Shown one piece after another: positions 53,540 to 64,000 of a stretch of 64,000 nucleotides of DNA. The translations under genes and the position numbers were made by a program. Under the pieces are notes generated by a model. That model had not been told where the DNA came from. It was given only the letters and a program-made list of their open reading frames with translations, and did not search any database. Numbering within the stretch: the stretch's first letter is position 1; every line of letters starts with the position of its first letter. The stretch covers positions 24,000,001-24,064,000 of the forward strand of contig CP086569.2 of NCBI GenBank assembly GCA_009914755.4. Reading direction: 5' to 3'. Origin of the DNA: the human T2T-CHM13v2.0 reference genome, Homo sapiens.

Positions 53540-53686
53540 TCTGCTGCAAATCCTGAGACTCCAAACTCAACCATCTCCAGAGAGGCCAGCACCCAGTCTT
53601 CATCAGCTGCAGCTAGCCAAGGCTGGGTGTTACCAGAAGGCAAAATCGTGCCAAACACTGTTTTTGTTGGTGGAATTGATGCTAGG
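53540..53686 (+). CDS. DAZ: DAZ exon 2 (right gene, single RRM unit)
   Basis: aaattacag|TCTGCTGCAAATCCTGAG...GGAATTGATGCTAGG|gtattg. 147 nt = 49 codons encoding SAANPE...VFVGGIDAR. Confidence 0.88.
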
Positions 53687-53960
53687 GTATTGTATTCGTA
53701 CCTCATTTTTACCTTAACATACATCATGAACAATGGGATGTGGGCCCTGTTACAAACTTAAATTTTTTTTTGTACTTCCTGGAGGTTTAGAATTGCTTTT
53801 AGGTTTGACCCATAGGTACTAAAAATATCTTTGACAAAGGGCTGCTGGTCATTCGGGGATAAATGGGGGAGAAATTTCCACCTCATGGTAGTAAAATTGT
53901 AGTAAAGTTGAAATTTTTGAATGCTGAATTTTTACTCTGACGTTCAGTTCTTTTCCATAG

Positions 53961-54052
53961 ATGGATGAAACTGAGATTGGAAGCTGCTTTGGTAGATACG
54001 GTTCAGTGAAAGAAGTGAAGATAATCACGAATCGAACTGGTGTGTCCAAAGG
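53961..54052 (+). CDS. DAZ: DAZ exon 3
   Basis: ttttccatag|ATGGATGAAACTGAG...GTGTCCAAAGG|gtgagtaa. 92 nt. Confidence 0.88.
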
Positions 54053-54612
54053 GTGAGTAATTTTATCAAAAATATGTGAACTCCAGTCACCTATTCTATA
54101 AGTATCAGACAAGACTTCAAAACTGATATTCTGACCCTTGTATAAATGCAATATTCTGCAGTGTTAATTTCTTTCACGTAGGGGATAAAAGGCTATTACC
54201 AGTTCTTCTATTTGACCATTTTTCTAATGTTTGTATTTAAATGTCTCCAGTTTCTATTTCATACAGATGAGTTAATCAGTTTTCTCAAATAATTGTTTTC
54301 TTCATACACTGCAGAGCATCTTAAATTTTAACCACCTTGTCTTAGACAGTAAGTTAAACTCAGGTTCACAGATATGAATTCTTTGCTAATCAATAAAGTT
54401 GTCACACTGCCCTAATCCTAGCACATTTTGACATAGTTCTGCTTAAGAAAAAGTGGTATTTGTAGAGGATCTGTCATGTACATCTTAGCAAATACTTATC
54501 ATGGTATATTATTCGTCTTTTGTCATGATCACTTCTGTATATAGAATAGTAGACCTTCTGAACCACGTACTGTATGATGGTGATTTTATGCTTCATTTGT
54601 CTGCCTTTATAG

Positions 54613-54664
54613 CTATGGATTTGTTTCGTTTGTTAATGACGTGGATGTCCAGAAGATAGTAGGA
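54613..54664 (+). CDS. DAZ: DAZ exon 4
   Basis: ctttatag|CTATGGATTTGTTTCGTTTGTTAATGACGTGGATGTCCAGAAGATAGTAGGA|gtaagt. 52 nt. Confidence 0.88.
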
Positions 54665-55100
54665 GTAAGTAATCTAATAGAAAAATCTCTTATTTATCTT
54701 ATTGCTACAACGTTTAGTGTCAGTGATACACTCGGACTTGTGTAAAATTTGGGGAAAGACACACTTCCTGTTCAAAATCCAAACTCAGAGTAACCTCACG
54801 TAGCTTGTTTGATCCTGTTTATTTTTGACTGGACACCTAGTTTCATGAACTACAGACAGGAAGGGTTGGAGACAGGGTGATGGAAAGTTTTTGATCAACT
54901 TTCACTTGATGCCTCTTGACACTGATTAGAGTAGTAAGGGTAAGTAAGGTAGCTTCGTGATGACAAATTTTAATTTGGTGCGTAGTTGTCCCCGATCTTC
55001 TATGATGATAGGTACTTTAGAAGACTTCAGGTGTTTACCCAAGTCTTGGAAGCTAACACTTGAAAATTGATTCTAGTTTTGTTAACGGTTCTATTTTCAG

Positions 55101-55164
55101 TCACAGATACATTTCCATGGTAAAAAGCTGAAGCTGGGCCCTGCAATCAGGAAACAAAAGTTAT
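55101..55164 (+). CDS. DAZ: DAZ exon 5
   Basis: ctattttcag|TCACAGATACATTTCCATGGTAAAAAGCTGAAGCTGGGCCCTGCAATCAGGAAACAAAAGTTAT|gtgagt. 64 nt. Confidence 0.88.
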
Positions 55165-55253
55165 GTGAGTAGGAAAAGAAATGGTTCTTTTCTGACCCGT
55201 GTAGCTTTTCAAATAACTAAAAATAGGCTTTTTTCTTCTTGCTTTTTAAAAAG

Positions 55254-55393
55254 GTGCTCGTCATGTGCAGCCACGTCCTTTGGTAGTTAATCCTCCTCCT
55301 CCACCACAGTTTCAGAACGTCTGGCGGAATCCAAACACTGAAACCTACCTGCAGCCCCAAATCACGCCGAATCCTGTAACTCAGCACGTTCAG
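55254..55393 (+). CDS. DAZ: DAZ exon 6
   Basis: ttaaaaag|GTGCTCGTCATGTGCAGCCACGTCC...CAGCACGTTCAG|gtaaga. 140 nt; lies inside ORF 55265..55474+. Confidence 0.88.
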
Positions 55394-56793
55394 GTAAGAA
55401 CTGCTTATGTTCCTGTTCTCTTGTTTATTCTAGTCATCCTTCCCTCTGTGGAATTGTATCTACACTTTCCATAGTAAGTGGCAATAGAATCCCTGTTTGA
55501 ACAGTGTGAGTAACGGGAAATCTGTTACTTTTGTTAGAAATTTCTTATTCTTCGTGTTCGTCATTTGAGCTAAGAATCTTCTGTATACTTGGCGAAGCTT
55601 TCTCTTAGAAATGACCTCTGTAGACACATGAACAAATCTCTTCCTATCTCTGCCTCTTTCACCTCATATAACTAGTTCCTAAAGTATTTGGAAGCAGCCC
55701 TCCTTATGTGTCTGCCTAGTTTATTGTTCTCTAAGGTTAGCAGTTAACCTAGCTATTCTTTACTTGCAGTGATTTCCAGATGCCTCCTCATATAAATTGC
55801 TTGACTTCTGGGTATATTCTGGTTCTGGGATGGGTAGATTTCTGATCTCTTTTGCTCTATCTAGAAATCCCGTGAGTTTCTGGCACGTAATTTCTCTGAT
55901 GCTGGTTGCTTTGATATTTAAAGTAGGATTTGACATACTCTTGTCACTTACTGGTGATAAATAACGTTTAGTTTGTTCTTCGTTCATTTTATTTATGTGT
56001 TAGTTTTTAAAAAGAGGTTTTCTTCGATGGAAAATAAAGTAACCAAATAGTAGTGAATTAGTTCTTCAGTGTCTCTCATTTGTTGACATTTTCCATGTAC
56101 TTGAAACGTGTGGGGTACACCTCTTCTTCTTTTTCCTTCTCTGAGCAATGGCTAGAAGAAAAGCCCTACTTGTTTGTAGCATTTACTGTGAGCCATTACT
56201 GAATGTGGGTGTATTGATGAATGATGCTACCTGTATGTTTTTAATCAGTAAGTATTTATTGAAAAGTAGAAGACATTATACTGTCTCTTTTCCAGCTGTG
56301 GCTTACTTACTGCCCTTAATTTGTGGAAAAGAAGTACAGAGAAAGCCGTAACATCTGCCGAAGAACTACAGTATTACCCTATAATATCATCAGATAGCAA
56401 ACAGTCTAGAAGTATTTTGCCAAAGAAAGAGCAAATGTATTATTTTAACTTACGTTGAAATCTATCTTAATAGAGCCTTATCAGCAGCGTAAGAAATAAC
56501 TTCTGGGTGGGCATAAGTACACAGTATAAATATGGTAGACTTTGGCCGGTGCAACAGTCACTTGTTTTGTCATTTGTCTCTTCCCCCTCCCCGCCCAAAG
56601 GGTAGCACTTGACAGAGAATATTTGTTTCTTCATGTCAGTCATTCATTTAGAAATCTGTATTTCTGTATGTAGAAAAATAATTACCATTTCAAGGTTTTT
56701 CGTATTTTTGTTATTTTGGGAATGATATTTCTTTCTAGTTAAAGAAAATGTTTTACCGTATTAATCCATTCTTTCTGTAAACTTTATTTTCAG

Positions 56794-56865
56794 GCTTACT
56801 CTGCTTATCCACATTCACCAGGTCAGGTCATCACTGGATGTCAGTTGCTTGTATATAATTATCAG
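56794..56865 (+). CDS. DAZ: DAZ-repeat exon 7, first copy (AYSAYPHSPGQVITGCQLLVYNYQ)
   Basis: actttattttcag|GCTTACTCTGCTTATCCACATTCACCAGGTCAGGTCATCACTGGATGTCAGTTGCTTGTATATAATTATCAG|gtaattg. Confidence 0.85.
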
Positions 56866-59236
56866 GTAATTGAAGAGGGAGTAAGATGATTTACTTTCAG
56901 CTACTATTGAGGCCTCAACTTGCTTATACAAATTGCTTGAATAGGTTGTCCTTTTAAACTAGTGAACTGTACCTAAAATTTAAGAAATCACTTAGAATTA
57001 GTGTAATGAGGACCTCTGTTTTATTTAGAAGTGATGAAATAAGATTTTGACAGGAGGGTACTTAGCAATAACTTTTCCGTAGAACAATTTCTGAGATTTG
57101 GTGTTCCCTTCTTTGTTTCAGCATGTATTTTGTTATCTTTGCTGTCAAAGAGCTGAAACATCCAGACTGACTTTCCTGAATCTTGTAGAGATACAGAGTG
57201 AAATAAAAGCTTTACCGAATTCTTAGAGCACAGAATTTCAGTTGTATTTTTATTTTAGCTTGCTGCTTCATGATAGCAGTTCTCTGGGTCTCTTTTCAAT
57301 GGTACAACTATTATCTGTGACCCATAATTGTATCTGTGGTAACAAATTCAAAGAATTAATATCTTTGAGGGTTCCACAATTCTGTTTCCATAAAATTGGG
57401 AAAAAGGTGAGGTTTTCTGTGTAGAAGTAACAACAAGAACTTTGGGGATTAGAAACCTAAAGTACTTCTTTTTTCTATTCTGTTTCTTTTATTATAACAA
57501 AGGAGCCATCATGATAAATACTCCAATATTATGTAACTCATGTGTTTTTGAAAACGTGTAGGAGTATTTAAATAATTTTGGTTACTTTTTTTTTTTTTTT
57601 TTTTTTTTTAATTTAAGATTCCACTGCACTGGCCTGTTGGGGCGCAAAGGAGTTATGTTGTTCCTCCGGTAAAGCGAATGAGTGAAACATATACCTGCTC
57701 TTCTTTCTTGATTTTTTGTGTGGCACATATGCCTATAAATATTTTTAATGATTCTTTATATTGATGTGTTAACGTTTTGTTACTTTCTTTTTAACCCAAT
57801 TATAATCTCCCATGGGAGAAACAGTGCCTTTTTCTCTCTCAGGTTTTTGTATGCTTAAGCAATGGCTTCTCCAAATTATGACAAGTGTTCAGTTACTTGT
57901 CGATAGATTATTTAATCTAAGAAAGGTAGTCCTAATGTGGCTTTATCTAAGAAAGGTAGTATTAATTTGGCTTTAGAATAGCATGTATCTGATGAGAATC
58001 TGCATCTGGATGTACCAACCATAAAAAATTTCATAAAAGAAACAGAAATGTTTTGCTGTTAATTACTCTTAAATAAGAATAGGATTAAAAAGAGTATTAC
58101 CTCTATAACACCTGAGCTGCTTTCCCCCATATAACTAAAATATTTAAAAGCAGTTCTCCTCATGTGTCTGCCTGCTTTATTCTTCTCTAAGTTTAGCAGT
58201 TAATCCAGGTATTCTTTATTTGAAATGATTTCCAGATGCCTCTGCATATTAAATTGCTGACTTCCAGATATATTCTGGTTCTGGAATGGGTAGATTTCTG
58301 ATATGTTTTAGGTATCTGTAAATCCCGCAAGTTTCTGGCATGTAGTGTCTCTGATCCTTGTTAGTTTGCTATTTAAAGTAGATTTGACATATTCTGTCAC
58401 TTACTGGTGGTAAATAACGTTTATTTTCTTCTTAGTTCATTTTATTTATATCTTAGTTTAAAAGACATTTTCTTTGATGGAAAATAAAGTAACAGAATAG
58501 TAGTGAAGTAGTTATATTCAGTGTTTCTCATTTGTTGACATTTTCCCTGTACTTGAAACATGTACGGTATACCTCATCTTCTTTTTCCTTCTGTGAACAA
58601 TGGCTGGAATAAAAGCCCTACTTCTATCATTTACTGTGAGCCATTACTGAATCTGGGTGTATTGATGCATGCTGCTTACCTATATGTGTTGAAACAATAA
58701 GTATTTATTGAAACATATGAGACATTATACTGTCTCTTTTCCAGTATTGGATTCTATACTGCACTTAGTTTTTCAACATGAAGTACAGAAAACGCCGTAA
58801 ATTCTGCAGAACTACGTATTACCTTATAATATTGTCAAATACACATCAGTCTGGAAGCATTTTTACAGGGAAATAGCAAATGTATTAATTTAACTTACAT
58901 TGAACTCTGTCTTAATGCAGCCTTATCACCAGTGCAAGAAATAACTTCTGGGTGGGCATAAGTACACAATATAAGTAAGGTTAACTTTGCCTGGTGTCAT
59001 AGCCAGTTCTTTTGACATTTGTCTGTTCCCCCTCCACGCCCAACCATAGCACTTGACCGAGAATAATACGTTCTTCATAAATCAGTCAGTCACTTACAAT
59101 TCTACATTGTTGCAGATAGAAAAATAATTAGTATTTCGAAATTTTTCATAGTTTTGTTATATTGGGACTAATTCTTCCTAATTAAAAATAATGTTTTAAC
59201 GTATTAATTCATTCTTTCTGTATAATTTATTTTCAG

Positions 59237-59308
59237 GAATATCCTACTTATCCCGATTCAGCATTTCAGGTCACCACTGGATATCAGTTGCCTGTATATA
59301 ATTATCAG
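59237..59308 (+). CDS. DAZ: DAZ-repeat exon 7 copy (EYPTYPDSAFQVTTGYQLPVYNYQ)
   Basis: tttattttcag|GAATATCCT...AATTATCAG|gtaatg. Confidence 0.85.
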
Positions 59309-61626
59309 GTAATGTAAGAGGGAGTAAAATGATTTGCTTTCAGGTATTATTGGGGCCTTTAACTTTTTTAGACAAATTTCCTGAACAGTTGGTCATTTTA
59401 AACTAGTGAAGTGTACCTAAAATTTAAGGAAACACTTAGAATTAGTGTAGAATGAAGACATCTGTCTTATTTAGAAGTAATGAAGTAGTATTTTGAGAGG
59501 AATATACCTGGCAATAACATTTCTGTAGAAGAGATTTCTGAGATGTGGTGTTCTCTCCTTTACTTCTGGATGTAGTTTTCATCTTTACTGTGAAATAGCT
59601 GAATGAAACATCCAAACTGACTTTCATGAATTTTCTTAGGGAGATAGAGTGAAATAAATTTCTGCTGCACTTTTCAGAGCACAGAATCCCAATTACATTT
59701 TCATTTTAGCTGGCTGTTTGAAGATAGTAATTCTCTGGATCTCTTTTCATAGATACAAGTATATCTATGACCCATAATTATATCTATGGTAATAAACTGA
59801 AAGAGGTAGTATCTTGGAGGTTTCCACATTGCCAACTCCTGAAAATTTGGAGAAAGATGAAGTTTCAAATATAAAAGTAAGAAGAATGTCATGGACTAGA
59901 AACATGATGTACTTAAGTTTTCCTTTCTGTTACTTTTATTATAATAAAAAAGGAGACAGCAGGATAAGGACTTCAATATTGTGTTTCTCATGAGTTTTTG
60001 AAAATGTGTAGGAATACTTTAATAGTTTTGGTGTCCTTTTTTTTTTTTTTTTTTTTTTTTTAAGATGCCACCATAGGGGCCTGTTGGGGAGCAAAGGGAT
60101 TCCGTTCTTGACGTTAAGTGAATTAGCCAAACATAGACTTCCTGTTCATTCTTGATTTTTTTCCATGTCCTATATGCCTATAAATATTTTTAAGTGATTC
60201 TTTATATTAATTTTTTTGTCGTTGTTACTTTCTTGTTAACCCGATTATGAACTCCCATGGGAGCAAGAGTGCCTTTTTTGCCCTCAGGTTTTTATGTGCC
60301 TAAGCAATGGCAGGTCCACATAATGATAGACTATATAATCACAGAAAAGTAGTATTCACTTGACTTTAGAATTATCACGTATCTGCCAATAATCAGCCTC
60401 TGGCTTTACCAGCAATAGAAAATTTATAGAAGAGAAACAGAATTGCTTTGCTGTTAATGACGCTTAAATAAGAACAGGAGTGAACGAGAGTATTACCTCC
60501 AAATCACCGGAGCTGCTTTCCCCCTTATAAGCAGTTCCTAAAGTGAATGAAAGCAGCTCTCCTTATGTGTCTGCCTACTTTATTCTTCGGTAAGTTTAGC
60601 AGTTCATCTAGCTATCCTTTATTTGAAATGATTTCCAGATGCCTCCTCATATAAATTGCTGACTTCTGGATATTTCCTGGTTCTGGAATGGGTAGATTTC
60701 TGATGTGGTTTAGTATATATATGTAAACCCCGTGAGCTTCTGGCATCTAATTTCTCTGATCCTGGTTACATTGATATTTAAAGTAGGGTTTGACATACTC
60801 TGTCACCTACTGTTGATAAATAACGTTTATATTCTTCTTAGTTCATTTTATTGACGTGTTAGCTTTAAAGACATTTTCTTTGACGGAAAATGAAGTAACA
60901 AAATAATAGTGAAATAGTTATGCAGTGTCTCTAATTTGTTGATATTTTGCATGTACTTGAAACTTGTATGGTATACCTCTTCTTTTTCCTTCTCTGAACA
61001 ATGGCTAGAAAAAAAGTCCTACTTTTTTCTGTCATTTACTGTGAGGCATCACTGATTCTGGGTGTATTCATGTATGCTGCTACCTGTATGTTTTCAAACA
61101 ATAAGAATTTATTGAAACATGTAAGACATTATACTTTCTCTTCTCCAGTATTGGATCATAGACTGCACTTAGTTTTTTGTAATGAAGTACAGACAAAGCC
61201 ATAACATCTGTCGAACTACATATTACCCTATAATATTGTCTGATACAAAACAGTCTGGAAATATTCTTACAGAGAAATTGCAAATGTATTAATTTAACTT
61301 ACCTTGCAATCTCTCTTAATGGAGCCTTACCACCAGTGTAAGAAATAACGTCTGGGTGTGAATAAGTACACAGTATAAGGTAAACTTTGGTGAAGTAGTC
61401 AATTCTTTTGTCATTTGTTCCCCCTTCACACCCATAGTGTAGCACTTGACCTAGAATCTTTCTTTCTTCATAAAGTCAGTCATTCATTTGGAATTCTGCA
61501 TTGTTGTACGTAGAAAAAGGATATTTTACCTTTTGTAATATTTTTGTTATATTGGGAATTATATTTCTTTGTAATTTTAAAAAGTGGTTTACCATATTCA
61601 TTTTTTTCTGCAACCTTTCTTTTCAG

Positions 61627-61698
61627 CCATTTCCTGCTTATCCAAGATCACCATTTCAGGTCACTGCTGGATATCAGTTGCCTGTATATAATTATCAG
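61627..61698 (+). CDS. DAZ: DAZ-repeat exon 7 copy (PFPAYPRSPFQVTAGYQLPVYNYQ)
   Basis: ctttcttttcag|CCATTTCCTGCTTATCCAAGATCACCATTTCAG...TATCAG|gtaatg. Lies inside ORF 61501..61707+. Confidence 0.85.
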
Positions 61699-64000
61699 GT
61701 AATGTAAGAAGGAGTAAAATGATTTACTTTCAGGTATTACTGAGGCATTCAACTTGTTTATACAAATTTCCTGAATAGTTGGTCATTTTAAATTAGTGAA
61801 GTGTACCTAAAATTTAAGGAAACACGTAGAAGTAGTGTAGAATGAAGACCTCTGTCTTATTTAGAAGTAATGAAGTAGTATTTTGAGAGGAATATACTTG
61901 GCAATAACTTTTCTGTAGAAGAGATTTCTGAGATGTGGTGTTCTCTTCTTTATTTCTGGATGCAGTTTTCATCTTTACTGTGAAATAGCTGAATGAAACA
62001 TCCAAACTGACTTTCATGAATTTTCTTAGGGAGATAGAGTGAAATAAATTTATGCTGCACTTTTCAGAGCACAGAATCCCAATTACATTTTCATTTTAGC
62101 TGGCTGTTTGAAGATAGTAATGCTCTGGATCTCTTTTCATAGATACAAGTATATCTATGACCCATAATTACATCTATGGTAAGAAACTGAAAGAGGTAGT
62201 ATCTTTGAGGTTTCCACCTTGCCAACTCCCGAAAATTTGGAGAAAGGTGAAGTTTCCAATATAAAAGTAACAAGAATGTCATGGACTAGAAACATAAAGT
62301 ACTTAAGTTTTCCTTTCTGTTACTTTTATTATAATGAAAAAGGAGACAGCCGGATAAGTACTTCAATGTTGTATTTCTCATGTGTTTTTGAAAATGTGTA
62401 GGAATACATATAATACTTTCGGTGTCCTTTTTTTTTCTTTCTTTTTCTTTCTTTTTTTTTTTTAAGATGCCACCATAAGGTCCTGTTGGGGAGCAAAGGA
62501 TTATGTTGTCCTTGACGTTAAGTGAATTAGCCAAACATAGATTTCCTGTTCATTCTTGATTTTTTTCCATGTCATATATGCCTATAAATATTTTTAAGTG
62601 ATTCTTTATATTAATTTTTTTGTTGTTGTTACTTTCTTGTTAACCCGATTATAAACTCCCATGGGAGCAAGAGTGCCTTTTTTGCCCTCAGGTTTTTATG
62701 TGGTTAAGCAATGGCAGGTCCATATAATGACAGACTATATAATCAAAGAAAGGTAGTGTTCATGTGACTTTACAATTAGCATGTATCTGCATAGAATCTG
62801 CCTCTGGCTTTACCAGCAATAGAATATTTATAGAAGAGAAACAGAAATGCTTTGCTGTTAATGACGCTTAAATGAGAATAGGAGTAAACGAGAGTATTAC
62901 CGCCAAATCACCGGAGCTGCTTTCCCCCTTATAACCAGTTCCTAAAGTGAATGAAAGCAGCTCCCCTTATGTGTCTGCCTACTTTATTCTTTGGTAAGTT
63001 TAGCAGTTCATCTAGCTATTCTTTATTTGAAATGATTTCCGGATGCCTCCTCATATAAATTGCTGACTTCTGGAAATATTCTTCTTCTGGAATGGGTAGA
63101 TTTCTGATGTGGTTTAGTATATATATAAACCCCGTGAGCTTCTGGCGTCTAATTTCTCTGATTCTGGTTACACTGATATTTAAAGTAGGGTTTGACATAC
63201 TCCATCACTTAATGTTGATAACTAACCTTTATATTCTTCTTAGTTCGTTTTATTTATGTGTTAGCTTAAAAGACATTTTCTTTGATGGAAAATGAAGTAA
63301 CAAAATAATAGTGAAATAGTTCTGCGGTTGTCTCTAATTTCGTGATATTTTCCATGTACTTGAAACATGTATGGTATACCTCTTCTTTTTCCTTCTCTGA
63401 ACAATGGCTAGAAAAAAAGCCTTACTTGTTTCTGTCATTTACTGTGAGCGATTACTGAATCTGGGTGTATTCATGTATGCTGCTACCTGTATGTTTTCAG
63501 ATAATAAAAATTTTTTGAAACATATAAGACATTATACTTTCTCTTGTCCAGTATTGGATTATAGACTGCACTTAGTTTTTCGTAGTGAAGTACAGACAAA
63601 GCCATAACATCTGTCAAACTATATATTGTCCTATAATATTGTCTGATACAAAACAGTCTAGAAATATTCTGACAGGGAAATAGCAAATGTATTAATTTAA
63701 CTTACCTTGCAATCTCTCTTAATGGAGCCTTACCACCAGTGTAAGAAATAACTTCTGGGTGTGAATAAGTACACAGTATAAGGTAAACTTTGGTGAAATA
63801 GTCAATTCTTTTGTCATTAGTTCCCCCTTCACTCCCAAAGTGTAGCACTTGTCATAGAATCTTTCTTTCTTCATAAAGTCAGTCATTCATTTAGAATTCT
63901 GCATTATTGTATGTAGAAAAACAATATTTTACCTATGTTTGTTATATTCAGAATTATATTTCTTTCTAATTTTAAAAAAATGGTTTACCGTATTCATTTT

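Larger units (their letters stand above)
56790..64000 (+). repeat. DAZ: DAZ 2.4-kb tandem repeat array (right gene)
   Basis: Exon-7 copies at 56794, 59237 and 61627 (spacings 2443 and 2390); mirror of left 1..5290. The next unit starts just before the window end. Confidence 0.85.

Overview
This window is almost certainly the centre of a large primate Y-chromosome palindrome in the human AZFc ampliconic region: the P1- or P2-type palindrome that carries a head-to-head pair of DAZ (Deleted in AZoospermia) genes. I see no sign of an uncharacterised gene or defence system; the interest here is structural (palindrome, tandem units, gene-conversion footprints).

What the sequence shows directly:
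- Left arm 1..35397 and right arm 37527..64000 are near-perfect reverse complements. ORFs mirror with a coordinate sum of 72930 proximally and 62079/62080 distally, and the symmetry centre is about 36465.
- A unique spacer of about 2.13 kb lies between the arms at 35398..37526. It consists of an Alu fragment plus a MaLR-type LTR element.
- Each arm carries a DAZ promoter CpG island and exon 1 (ccaccATGgtgagt), followed by exons 2-6 encoding the RRM. I located these by exact translation to the DAZ N-terminus MSAANPETPNSTISREAS...VFVGGIDAR / MDETEIGSCFGRYGSVKEVKIITNRTGVSKG / YGFVSFVNDVDVQKIVG / SQIHFHGKKLKLGPAIRKQKL / CARHVQPRPLVVNPPPPPQFQNVWRNPNTETYLQPQITPNPVTQHVQ, with canonical AG/GT splice sites. 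A 2.4-kb tandem array follows, each unit with one 72-bp DAZ-repeat exon (AYSAYPHSPGQVITGCQLLVYNYQ; EYPTYPDSAFQVTTGYQLPVYNYQ; PFPAYPRSPFQVTAGYQLPVYNYQ).
- The left (minus-strand) gene has two tandem 10.85-kb RRM-encoding units; the right (plus-strand) gene has one. That is a 10,850-bp arm asymmetry, consistent with a DAZ4-like/DAZ3-like pair (P1 centre), though I cannot distinguish paralogue or haplotype from sequence alone.
- The rest is Alu elements (one young AluY with a perfect 16-bp TSD), MaLR LTRs, long mononucleotide tracts and microsatellites.

All coordinates were derived by hand from the sequence. Element family names (MaLR, AluY) rest on motif recognition, not on a search.
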